From contig DATLDE010000004.1 in NCBI GenBank assembly GCA_035526025.1, forward strand, positions 13,011 through 77,010: a DNA stretch of 64,000 nt. Direction: 5' to 3'. Positions within the stretch are counted from its first letter, which is position 1; every line of letters starts with the position of its first letter. A model generated the notes under the pieces. It did no database searches, was not told where the DNA came from, and saw only the letters and a program-made list of their open reading frames with translations. The position numbers and the translations under genes are program-made. Source of the stretch: Candidatus Limnocylindrales bacterium (lineage in GTDB: Bacteria; Patescibacteriota; Microgenomatia; Levybacterales; UBA12049). Below are positions 29,891 to 37,832 of the stretch, in pieces.

Positions 29891-30358
29891 ATGGACAGAA
29901 AATATAGTGAGAATTTAATCAAGGGAAAGATTACAGAAGTTATATTTGAGGAGATGTTTCGTACCTCAAATGAATTTACAATTATTCCCTTAGGATATGA
30001 GCACACCACTCCAATTCTTGCTCAGTATCAGCACTTTGTACACGTACAAAAAGTGCTAGAAAACTTACGTAATGCTCCAGATTTTGCTCTCATATCACAA
30101 GACAAAACAAGAGTATTTTTGGTGGAGGTAAAATATAGAATCCAATTTGATAAATATGACATTCAAAAAATTACCAATAGCATAAGTTCTGCATGGGATC
30201 CATGTTATCTATTTATAGCTTCAGAAAATAATTTTTACTTTGAAAATACAAAGAATATTGCAAATAACAACGGCGAGATTAGTAAGCTATCAGAAAACTG
30301 GATTAGCAATCACATACAGGAAGAATATTTGTTCTTACTTAATGAATTTATTAATTAA
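29891..30358 (+). CDS. PD-(D/E)XK nuclease-like protein
   Basis: GKITEVIFE...PDF...LVEVKYR. Confidence 0.75.
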   Translation: MDRKYSENLIKGKITEVIFEEMFRTSNEFTIIPLGYEHTTPILAQYQHFVHVQKVLENLRNAPDFALISQDKTRVFLVEVKYRIQFDKYDIQKITNSISSAWDPCYLFIASENNFYFENTKNIANNNGEISKLSENWISNHIQEEYLFLLNEFIN

Positions 30359-30395
30359 TATGCTAAATATGAATCATGTGGTAAAATGATGCAGC

Positions 30396-31142
30396 ATGAG
30401 CAATAAATATAAGAAAACATACTTAACAAGTGTAATAATAAGAATTGATTTAGCGAGCCCAATCTCAGAAATTGAAAAAGGGCTACCTAAAAATATAACA
30501 AAAAATATTCTTAAATTTTTCCCCATATCCGAACCGCAAAAAGTAACAGAAGGAAGTATTAAGTTTGAATCCGCAGCTATTCAAACTGGCCCTACCAGAT
30601 TATTAACAATATGGAATTTTTACGGAAAAGAGCGCGAGAAAACATTATCTGTAGCCGAACAGAATTTATTTATTGAGTATAGGACATACAAAAGTTTTGA
30701 AAATTTAAAAGAAGAATTTTTATCTGTATTAAATGCCTATCTCAAAGATTTCCCAGATGCTCAAATTAACCGATTGGGACTAAGATACGTAAATAATATA
30801 GAAATCTATGAGTCTAACCCAACAGATTGGCATGAATATATTTCCGGTGATTTATTATCTTCGTTCAAGATAACGTCCAATGAAGAAAAATTAACCAGAA
30901 ATTTTCATATACTAGGTGCTGTTAAAGATGAGTGTAATCTAACTTTTCAATTTGGAATGCACAATCCAGATTATCCTGCTCCCATAAAGAAGAAAGTTTT
31001 TATATTAGATTTTGATTCATACTTCCAAGGAGAGCAAGAAATTTCAGGTATAGAGAAAAATATTGAACTTTCTCACGAGTTAATACAAAAATACTTTGAA
31101 AAATCTATTACCCAAAAATTGAGATTGAAAATGAATAAATGA
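30396..31142 (+). CDS. TIGR04255-like protein
   Basis: YLTSVIIRID, YKSFENLK, INRLGLRYVNNI, FILDFDSY, FEKSIT. Confidence 0.8.
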   Translation: MSNKYKKTYLTSVIIRIDLASPISEIEKGLPKNITKNILKFFPISEPQKVTEGSIKFESAAIQTGPTRLLTIWNFYGKEREKTLSVAEQNLFIEYRTYKSFENLKEEFLSVLNAYLKDFPDAQINRLGLRYVNNIEIYESNPTDWHEYISGDLLSSFKITSNEEKLTRNFHILGAVKDECNLTFQFGMHNPDYPAPIKKKVFILDFDSYFQGEQEISGIEKNIELSHELIQKYFEKSITQKLRLKMNK

Positions 31143-31309
31143 GTGATAAGCCTCCATTTTCTGAAGATTACATTGCAGAAACGAATACATCAAGGGGTAT
31201 TGTAAAAAGCAATAAACCTGCAGAAATAAAAATCGATGAAAATCAATATGGGACATCTAAACCTAAGAGAATAATAATAAGAGCGAGTGTAATTAATGAT
31301 AAAAGTTAA
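31139..31309 (+). CDS. 56-aa ORF coupled to both neighbours (not in ORF track)
   Basis: ATGA overlap with upstream stop; MSDKPPFSEDYIAETNTSRG...ASVINDKS*; overlaps the next start. Confidence 0.6.
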   Translation: MSDKPPFSEDYIAETNTSRGIVKSNKPAEIKIDENQYGTSKPKRIIIRASVINDKS

Positions 31310-31862
31310 GAAAAGAAAAAGTCTTAGAATATGCCAAGGAGATATTTATAAGAATATTAATCTTATTGAGTTCGTTTCAGAAAAAAATGGCGTCATAGAA
31401 GTATCAAAAATTGATTTTCCTTATGTTGTGGTTTTAACTCAAGACTGTGAATTGCAACAAGATTTTAATTTTCGGAAAGGCTACAAGGTGGGAAAAGAAT
31501 TTCAAAATAAAATGCTTCTCTCCGTACTTGTTGCTCCGATTTACAACGCAGAGCATGTGTATCTAGGACAGCATCTCAGTGATTTAGACATACAAGCATC
31601 TGTTATCAGCAAAACAAGTACTAAAGGTAAATTTTTGAGGAAAAACGAGATCCCGAGATACCACTTCCTTAATTTTCCTGAAGAAATACCTATTTCTGAT
31701 TCTATTGTTGATTTCAAACATTATTTTTCTGTAAATGTTGAATATCTGAGAAAGCTTAAGAAAATGAACTTTGTATGCAAAGTATCTGAACTTTATAGAG
31801 AAGATCTTTCATTGCGTTTTGCAAACTATCTGTCTAGAATTGGTCTTCCGGAATTAATATAA
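31296..31862 (+). CDS. Hypothetical protein with PemK/MazF-like pattern
   Basis: QGDIY...VVVLTQDCEL...VLVAPIY...VDFK...RFANYLSRIGLP. Confidence 0.6.
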   Translation: MIKVKKRKSLRICQGDIYKNINLIEFVSEKNGVIEVSKIDFPYVVVLTQDCELQQDFNFRKGYKVGKEFQNKMLLSVLVAPIYNAEHVYLGQHLSDLDIQASVISKTSTKGKFLRKNEIPRYHFLNFPEEIPISDSIVDFKHYFSVNVEYLRKLKKMNFVCKVSELYREDLSLRFANYLSRIGLPELI

Positions 31863-31864
31863 AT

Positions 31865-32146
31865 ATGGCGAAGCAAGAATGTGGATATGGCTCTTTCTGT
31901 GGGAAGCGTGAGAAATGTTTCCTTCAGGGAACAACAGAACGTCAAGCGAATCTTGGAGGAAATCCTTCTGAGGCAGATTCTAAAGTGACTAGTCGCGGTC
32001 CATATTGGACACGAAGTGCTTGGGGAGAATTTACTGGGCGGGTTATAAAAATGGCTAGTTCTGAAGGATGTTTATTTAAAGACGAGGTTCCTCGCGTAGT
32101 AGCTCAAATTACTGAAGGAAAAGAAAAAAAAGGGGAGTTTAAGTAA
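31865..32146 (+). CDS. Small hypothetical protein with 4 Cys
   Basis: 93-aa ORF starting 2 nt after the previous stop. Confidence 0.5.
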   Translation: MAKQECGYGSFCGKREKCFLQGTTERQANLGGNPSEADSKVTSRGPYWTRSAWGEFTGRVIKMASSEGCLFKDEVPRVVAQITEGKEKKGEFK

Positions 32147-32163
32147 CTTTATTGTATAATCAA

Positions 32164-32212
32164 GGAGAGGGGGACATGAGAAAAGTTCCAATATCGTCCC
32201 ATGCCCTCCGCA
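32164..32212 (+). repeat. Degenerate tRNA-3'-like element, copy 1
   Basis: ...AAAGTTCCAATATCGTCCCATGCCCTCCGCA; ends like tRNA-Ser (CCCTCCGCA). Confidence 0.5.
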
Positions 32213-32289
32213 CTTCAGGATGAAGGAATACAAAGTTGGAGATGAAGTAATAAACCCACGAAACGATTATCCTGAATTAATAAAACAAA

Positions 32290-32814
32290 GTGAGTAGTAA
32301 TTATCCTAATAATTATGCAATTGCAGTGAGGGACTCAGGTGACATTTTTCTAATGTTTGAAATTAATCGAAGTTCTGAGGGTGATGTATATGTAAATTTT
32401 AATAAGCGTGATAACAAGCATAAACCTCATTCAAGTTATCATGCTTCAGGTCAATTACATCATAAAAGCTATAATTGGAAGCTATTCCCTCCAAGAAAGA
32501 AACAGCCACCAAAATCAAGCTTTACTGGCTCAGAGTCTATTATTACAACAAGTATTAAAAAAGGTGACGGGAGAGCATGGAATAGAATTTGTATGCCTAA
32601 TGACTTTCAAGAAATTATGGAGATTAATGATGAAATTATCACACCTGAATTTGGCTACCAATTAATATTTGAATTAGTTGAACCAAATACCTTGCCTTGG
32701 ATCTCAACATATCCTTATGCAAAAGTTATTCAGCAACACTTTTTTAAAGATAAAAGTCCTTGGATAGTAACTACATTATATGAAATGAGCAGCACGCCGT
32801 ATTTAAAAGAATGA
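32290..32814 (+). CDS. Hypothetical protein
   Basis: 174-aa ORF with GTG start; HSSYHASGQLHHKSY. Confidence 0.6.
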   Translation: MSSNYPNNYAIAVRDSGDIFLMFEINRSSEGDVYVNFNKRDNKHKPHSSYHASGQLHHKSYNWKLFPPRKKQPPKSSFTGSESIITTSIKKGDGRAWNRICMPNDFQEIMEINDEIITPEFGYQLIFELVEPNTLPWISTYPYAKVIQQHFFKDKSPWIVTTLYEMSSTPYLKE

Positions 32815-32882
32815 TTTTTCCATATTAATCCAAATGACCCTCTCTTATACTATTTAAGTAAAATTTGGGATATAATACTCTT

Positions 32883-32936
32883 GAGAAGCCAGGAGTTGTG
32901 CGTAGAAGGTTCGAACGTCGTCCACTGTCTTCCGCA
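32883..32936 (+). repeat. Degenerate tRNA-3'-like element, copy 2
   Basis: ...AAGGTTCGAACGTCGTCCACTGTCTTCCGCA; aligns with copy 1. Confidence 0.5.
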
Positions 32937-32996
32937 CGTCAGGATTTTGAGCATACATTTCAAGCAGGCATCATAAGGTATGCTATACTGCATTAG

Positions 32997-33563
32997 ATGT
33001 TAGGTATGAAAAAAGCTGATAAATCGAAATTTCAGGGTTTAGATTTAACACAGGCAGACTTAAGCAACACTGACCTGCATGGAAAAAATTTCAGCGGAAG
33101 TGCCCTGAGCAAAACTATGTTTGATAAATCAAACTTAACCGGTGCTAAGTTCAGTGGAGTAGATCTAAGAGGTACTTCATTTAAAAACGCTGTACTTATT
33201 GAAGCTACATTTGATGGTAGCGACCTGCGCGATGTGTGTTTTGATGGAGCAAATCTTACGAACGCAAAGATGAAAAACGCTGGGATGAAAGGTGCTACTT
33301 TCAAAAATGCCACATTGACAGGCACCAACTTTAACGGATCGGACCTAAATGAAGTTTCATTTGATAATCAAACGCTTGATTCCGTGGTATTTGATAATTC
33401 ATCATTAAAGAAAACCTCATTCAGAAAAGCGAAATTTCGTGACGTATCACTCCACCATGCCGATCCCAAGCACGCGATTTTTGACAAGACTTCAATGGAC
33501 AAACTTACTTACGCAATCTTAAAAGGCGCCGAGGCAAATCTACACGACATCAAGATTCTATAA
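32997..33563 (+). CDS. Pentapeptide repeat protein
   Basis: Tandem A(D/N)Lxx / xxFxx pentamers. Confidence 0.93.
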   Translation: MLGMKKADKSKFQGLDLTQADLSNTDLHGKNFSGSALSKTMFDKSNLTGAKFSGVDLRGTSFKNAVLIEATFDGSDLRDVCFDGANLTNAKMKNAGMKGATFKNATLTGTNFNGSDLNEVSFDNQTLDSVVFDNSSLKKTSFRKAKFRDVSLHHADPKHAIFDKTSMDKLTYAILKGAEANLHDIKIL

Positions 33564-33628
33564 AATTTGTCAACCTCAATAATGATATAATTAACGTGTA
33601 AAATTCCGCAGATGTCATATTTTGACGA

Positions 33629-33716
33629 GGAGGAGTCGCATAGTGGCCTAGTGCAGCGGTTTACTAAACCGCCATACCGCAAGGTATCGGGAGTTCGAAT
33701 CTCCCCTCCTCCGCCA
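33629..33716 (+). tRNA. tRNA-Ser with ACT anticodon (A34)
   Basis: GGAGGAG/CTCCTCC-G-CCA; GCGGT-TTACTAA-ACCGC; variable arm ATACC-GCAA-GGTAT; GGGAG-TTCGAAT-CTCCC. Confidence 0.9.
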
Positions 33717-33832
33717 CGTAATAAATTGCAAAGCAATTTAAAGGTGGCTGAAACGTAGAGTTTATCTACTTACGCTAATCTTACATGAAATAGATATAAT
33801 ATTTCATTATCACCTTAAAGTGTTAAAATCAA

Positions 33833-34987
33833 ATGAAAGTTAAAAAAAATTCTATCTCTTCAGTCATTTTGGAAAATACCCCGAACCCCGTTGATATTCT
33901 CAAAGATATAAAGAACTTAACTGTTGAGGACGTGGTTGTTTTATACGCTTATGCTGAAGCAATTGTCGAAACAGTACGTGAACCACTAATTATATTAGAT
34001 GAAAATCTACGAATTAAAACTGCCAATAAAGCCTTTTTTGAAGATTTTAAAGTAACAAAAAAAGAAACATACAATAAATTAATTTTTGACCTTGGCAATG
34101 GACAGTGGGACATACCAGAACTTAAAAAACTACTAAAAGAAATATTGCCCAAAAATTCCTATTTTGAAAACTTCGAAGTTACTCATAAGTTTGATGACAT
34201 CGGTACAAGAACTATGATTTTAAATGCACGGCGTATTGTTCTGGAGGGTCACAAAACTGAGCTGGTTCTTCTTGCAATAGAAGACAACACCCAAAAAAAA
34301 ATAATTGAAAAACATAAAGATGACTTTATCGGTATTGCCTCACACGAATTAAAAACTCCCTTAACTAGTGTTAAGTTATTTGTACAACTTCTTCAGGGGC
34401 ATCATGAAAAGACCCAGGACACAAAATCAATTTACATGCTTGATAAAGTGGCAAAACAGATAGATAGAATGGAGCATATGATGGCATCATTTCTTAATGT
34501 ATATAGTCTTCAAAACGGAAAATTAGACCTCCATAAGGAACATTTTAGTACAGATGAATTATTAAAAAATATTATAGAAACTTTTAATTTCACATATGAA
34601 TCGCATACTATTGAGCACATTGGAAAGATCAAAAAGAATATATTTGCAGATAAAGAAAGAATAAGCCAGGTTTTAATCAATCTTATTTCAAATGCTATAA
34701 AGTATTCTCCCAACTCAAATAAGGTAATTATTACGTCTAAGACAAGCAGGGATTTTATAACTTTCAGTATTCAGGATTTTGGAATGGGTATACCCAAAGA
34801 ACAACAAGGAATGATATTCGATAGATTTTTTAGAGCTCAGGGAAAAGAAGAGGCTAAGGTTGAGGGGCTTGGGCTGGGATTATACATATCCCATGAGATT
34901 GTAACAGAACATAAAGGAAAAATGTGGGTAGATAGCACGGTAGGAAAAGGCTCTACTTTTTATTTTAAATTACCCCTTAAATCATAA
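33833..34987 (+). CDS. Cytoplasmic PAS-domain histidine kinase
   Basis: AIVETVREPL PAS; ASHELKTPLT; NLISNAIKYS, DFGMGI, GLGLGL. Confidence 0.95.
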   Translation: MKVKKNSISSVILENTPNPVDILKDIKNLTVEDVVVLYAYAEAIVETVREPLIILDENLRIKTANKAFFEDFKVTKKETYNKLIFDLGNGQWDIPELKKLLKEILPKNSYFENFEVTHKFDDIGTRTMILNARRIVLEGHKTELVLLAIEDNTQKKIIEKHKDDFIGIASHELKTPLTSVKLFVQLLQGHHEKTQDTKSIYMLDKVAKQIDRMEHMMASFLNVYSLQNGKLDLHKEHFSTDELLKNIIETFNFTYESHTIEHIGKIKKNIFADKERISQVLINLISNAIKYSPNSNKVIITSKTSRDFITFSIQDFGMGIPKEQQGMIFDRFFRAQGKEEAKVEGLGLGLYISHEIVTEHKGKMWVDSTVGKGSTFYFKLPLKS

Positions 34988-34997
34988 AAAATACCTC

Positions 34998-35034
34998 TTG
35001 ACAAAAATTAGCAGTCGTAGTATATTATTGCTAA
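34998..35034 (+). promoter_or_regulatory. Promoter with CIRCE-like (HrcA) operator upstream of Hsp20
   Basis: TTGACA at 34998; TTAGCAGTC-N9-TATTGCTAA (35008-35034) vs consensus TTAGCACTC-N9-GAGTGCTAA. Confidence 0.7.
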
Positions 35035-35059
35035 ATCATAAGTAAAGGAGGTGATTAAA

Positions 35060-35488
35060 ATGAGTTATGATTTAGTTCCAAGCAGATTACTATCATTTCC
35101 CTCAATACAGCTACCATCAATTTGGAATGATGAGGATGATTGGCTGACAACTCCATCAAATCCAAGTGGGTTATCTGTTTCAGAGGATGAAAAAAACATC
35201 TATATAGAAGCTGCAATTCCAGGCATTGACCCAAAAAATATTGAGATTACATTTCACGACGGATACCTCTGGATTAAAGGCGAGCAAAAAGAAGAGGAAA
35301 AAGACAGTAAGAAAAAATATTACAGAGAAGCTGCAAAATCGTTCTCTTATAGAGTCGCTGTCCCAGGAGACATTGACAACAATCTAGAACCAGTAGCAAC
35401 TTACAAGCATGGAGTAATGAAGGTCGCTTTTGTAAAGTTAGCCAAAACCCAACCTAAAAAAATACAGATAAAATCAGTAAGCGAGTAA
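35060..35488 (+). CDS. Hsp20/alpha-crystallin small heat shock protein
   Basis: EAAIPGIDPKNIEI, ATYKHGVMKV; SD AAGGAGGTGA. Confidence 0.93.
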   Translation: MSYDLVPSRLLSFPSIQLPSIWNDEDDWLTTPSNPSGLSVSEDEKNIYIEAAIPGIDPKNIEITFHDGYLWIKGEQKEEEKDSKKKYYREAAKSFSYRVAVPGDIDNNLEPVATYKHGVMKVAFVKLAKTQPKKIQIKSVSE

Positions 35489-35512
35489 TCTAATGACTTT
35501 TAGGGGATTCTG

Positions 35513-35541
35513 AACTCCGCCACTTCGCAGGCGGAGTTTTA
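35513..35541. terminator. Hairpin between convergent genes
   Basis: AACTCCGCC-ACTTCGCA-GGCGGAGTT followed by T-rich tract. Confidence 0.7.
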
Positions 35542-36117
35542 TTTAAATTCAACTCCTGTGGGGAGGGCGAATTTGGATTCATCTGGGGTCCATGGCTTGC
35601 ACTGAAAAATCATCTTGTTTCTTATCTGTTCAGCCTGCTGCTTCTGCTCCACTGTCATTTCAGTATTCATGGACTCAAGCTCTGATTTAGAAAATTTAAA
35701 ACCTGTTGTAGTACCAGCAACAGTTATCCAGGTATATGCTGAATCGTCTTTATAAATAGCATCTGCCTCAATAGCAATTCCATTGGTTGTGCCCTTTATT
35801 TCACTTCTTCCTTTGCTGCCTGTCGTATAAAGTTTACCTGTTCCAAAAGGATTTTCAGGGCCTGCAGTTGGGAGCTTCCAATCGCATTCTAAATCTTGTC
35901 CACGACCAATGATATCTGGGAAAGTACTCGTAGTATCTCCTGACGGAACAGCTGATTCCGTTGTTGCATCAGTGGACCTTTCCATCGATGCCTATGGGGC
36001 TGAAGTAGAAGACGGCTTTCTCATCATAGTCACACCAACTACCCCAGCAAGAATAACAGCTGCGATCAAGACAAGTACCAAAGCTGAAAAGCCTATGGAT
36101 AATTCATTTTTTACCAT
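35539..36117 (-). pseudogene. Membrane-anchored exported protein with in-frame TAG at 35994-35992
   Basis: MVKNELSIGFSALVLVLIAAVILAGVVGVTMMRKPSSTSAP*ASMERSTD... same frame on both sides of the stop. Confidence 0.7.
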
Positions 36118-36186
36118 TTCAGAAAGATAATATCTTATTTATTTATTTTTGTCCAGTGTTTTTTATAAATCTGCTATAATCATTTT

Positions 36187-36519
36187 ATGAACATACTTAC
36201 AAACTGGCTGGTCAGCGCGCTTGTTATTCTAACAGCTTCATATATTTTACCCGGTGTTCATGTTGAGAGCTTTACAGCAGCCTTAGTAACTGCTGTTGTC
36301 TTGGGAATTATCAATTTATTTATTAAACCCCTTATTCTTATTCTCACCCTACCAATAACCATTGTAACTTTCGGCTTATTCGCTCTTGTAATTAATGCGC
36401 TGATGATAATTCTGGCCAGTAACATCGTCCCTGGATTTAATGTTGATGGGTTTTGGTGGGCAGTTATTTTCAGTATAGTAGTTTCCATAATTAATTCTTT
36501 TGTAAACCACTTCGAATGA
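36187..36519 (+). CDS. YvlD-like 4-TM protein (phage holin family 4_2)
   Basis: IKPLILILTLPITIVTFGLFALVINA...VPGFNVDGFWWA. Confidence 0.9.
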   Translation: MNILTNWLVSALVILTASYILPGVHVESFTAALVTAVVLGIINLFIKPLILILTLPITIVTFGLFALVINALMIILASNIVPGFNVDGFWWAVIFSIVVSIINSFVNHFE

Positions 36520-37748
36520 TCAAAAAACCACAAAGCATCCAGACAATTTATCTCTATCTGGTTCTAGGTAACACGCTTGCTGCATCTTTTATTTGGGGGA
36601 TTAATACAATTTTTTTACTTGATGCAGGGCTTTCCAATTTTGAGGCATTTCTGGCAAATGCGTTTTTTACGGCTGGCATGGTTATATTTGAAGTTCCAAC
36701 TGGTGTAATAGCTGATACTTTTGGCAGGCGTGCTTCATATCTGTTGGGATGCATCACTCTTGCGACCTCAACTTTGCTTTATCTATACATGTGGCAAATA
36801 AAAGGGCCATTCTGGGGATGGGCAGTGTCTTCAATACTTTTGGGTCTTGGCTTCACATTTTTTTCAGGGGCGCTTGAAGCATGGCTTGTCGATGCACTCA
36901 AGGCAACAAATTTCAAAGGCACACTTGAAAGTGTATTTTCCAAAGGACAAATGGTAGGAGGTGCTGCGATGCTTACGGGCTCTATAGCAGGTGGTGTAAT
37001 CGCCCAATTTACCAATCTCGGTGTTCCCTACATCTTAAGAGCTGTTGTCCTATTACTAAACTTTGGGACAGCATTTTTCTTAATGCGTGATCTGGGTTTC
37101 ACTCCCAAAAAATCCAAAACTCCGCTGAAAGAGATGAAAAAAATATTTTCTCATTCAGTTAAACATGGGCTGGGAAATCCTCCCGTCCGCTGGATCATGA
37201 TAGCAGCACCTTTTGCAACAGGAGTGAGTTTTTATGTTTTTTATGCGCTTCAGCCATTCCTCCTCACTCTTTATGGTGATGAAAAAGCTTATTGGGTGGC
37301 AGGACTGGTCGCAGCACTTGTTGCCTGTGCCCAAGTTGCAGGAGGATACGCTGCGCCCCACATACGAAAAATATTCCGAAAAAGAACCAACGCTCTTTTG
37401 GCTGGCACAATTTTTACCTCTCTAATATTATTTCTAGTCGGATTTGTAAATAACTTCTTCATTGCTTTAATCCTAATTTTCGCGTGGGGGCTAATCTTTG
37501 CTGCAATTATGCCGATCCGTCAGGCATATCTAAACGGATTAATCCCATCCGAGCAAAGAGCTACAGTTCTCTCGTTTGATTCTCTCATGGGGTCATCTGG
37601 TGGAATTGTAATCCAGCCGATTTTGGGTCGGACCGCGGATGTCTGGAATTATTCAACTTCTTATGCAATCGCTGCAATCTTTCAGGCTGCAGCATTACCA
37701 TTTATATTACTAGCCAAACGAGAAAAGTCAAAATCAGATAATGCGTGA
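36516..37748 (+). CDS. MFS transporter
   Basis: FEVPTGVIADTFGRR; RATVLSFDS. Confidence 0.92.
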   Translation: MIKKPQSIQTIYLYLVLGNTLAASFIWGINTIFLLDAGLSNFEAFLANAFFTAGMVIFEVPTGVIADTFGRRASYLLGCITLATSTLLYLYMWQIKGPFWGWAVSSILLGLGFTFFSGALEAWLVDALKATNFKGTLESVFSKGQMVGGAAMLTGSIAGGVIAQFTNLGVPYILRAVVLLLNFGTAFFLMRDLGFTPKKSKTPLKEMKKIFSHSVKHGLGNPPVRWIMIAAPFATGVSFYVFYALQPFLLTLYGDEKAYWVAGLVAALVACAQVAGGYAAPHIRKIFRKRTNALLAGTIFTSLILFLVGFVNNFFIALILIFAWGLIFAAIMPIRQAYLNGLIPSEQRATVLSFDSLMGSSGGIVIQPILGRTADVWNYSTSYAIAAIFQAAALPFILLAKREKSKSDNA

Positions 37749-37832
37749 GATATATTCATGATTTTTTCAAATAACCCTCCTCTTTTTGCACTCCAAGCAC
37801 TTAATCTAAAATAAATTGTGTATACTATATTT

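Larger units (their letters stand above)
28870..33628. mobile_element. Putative accessory/defence island between two tRNA-Ser genes (no integrase seen)
   Basis: Run of same-strand orphan, nuclease and toxin-like genes bounded by tRNAs; two degenerate tRNA-3'-like repeats inside. Confidence 0.55.

Noticed and set aside
33509-33736. 75-aa minus-strand ORF
   Set aside because: Antisense shadow of the tRNA-Ser gene (GGGEIRTPDT is typical of reverse-read tRNA)
35992-35994. Pyrrolysine insertion at the in-frame TAG
   Set aside because: No pyl genes or tRNA-Pyl in the window; the codon lies in a low-complexity linker
35909-36130. 73-aa plus-strand ORF
   Set aside because: Antisense to the amber-interrupted gene, which has a coherent TM anchor
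36187-36519. Prophage suggested by a holin-family gene
   Set aside because: YvlD-like proteins are common chromosomal membrane proteins; no phage genes around
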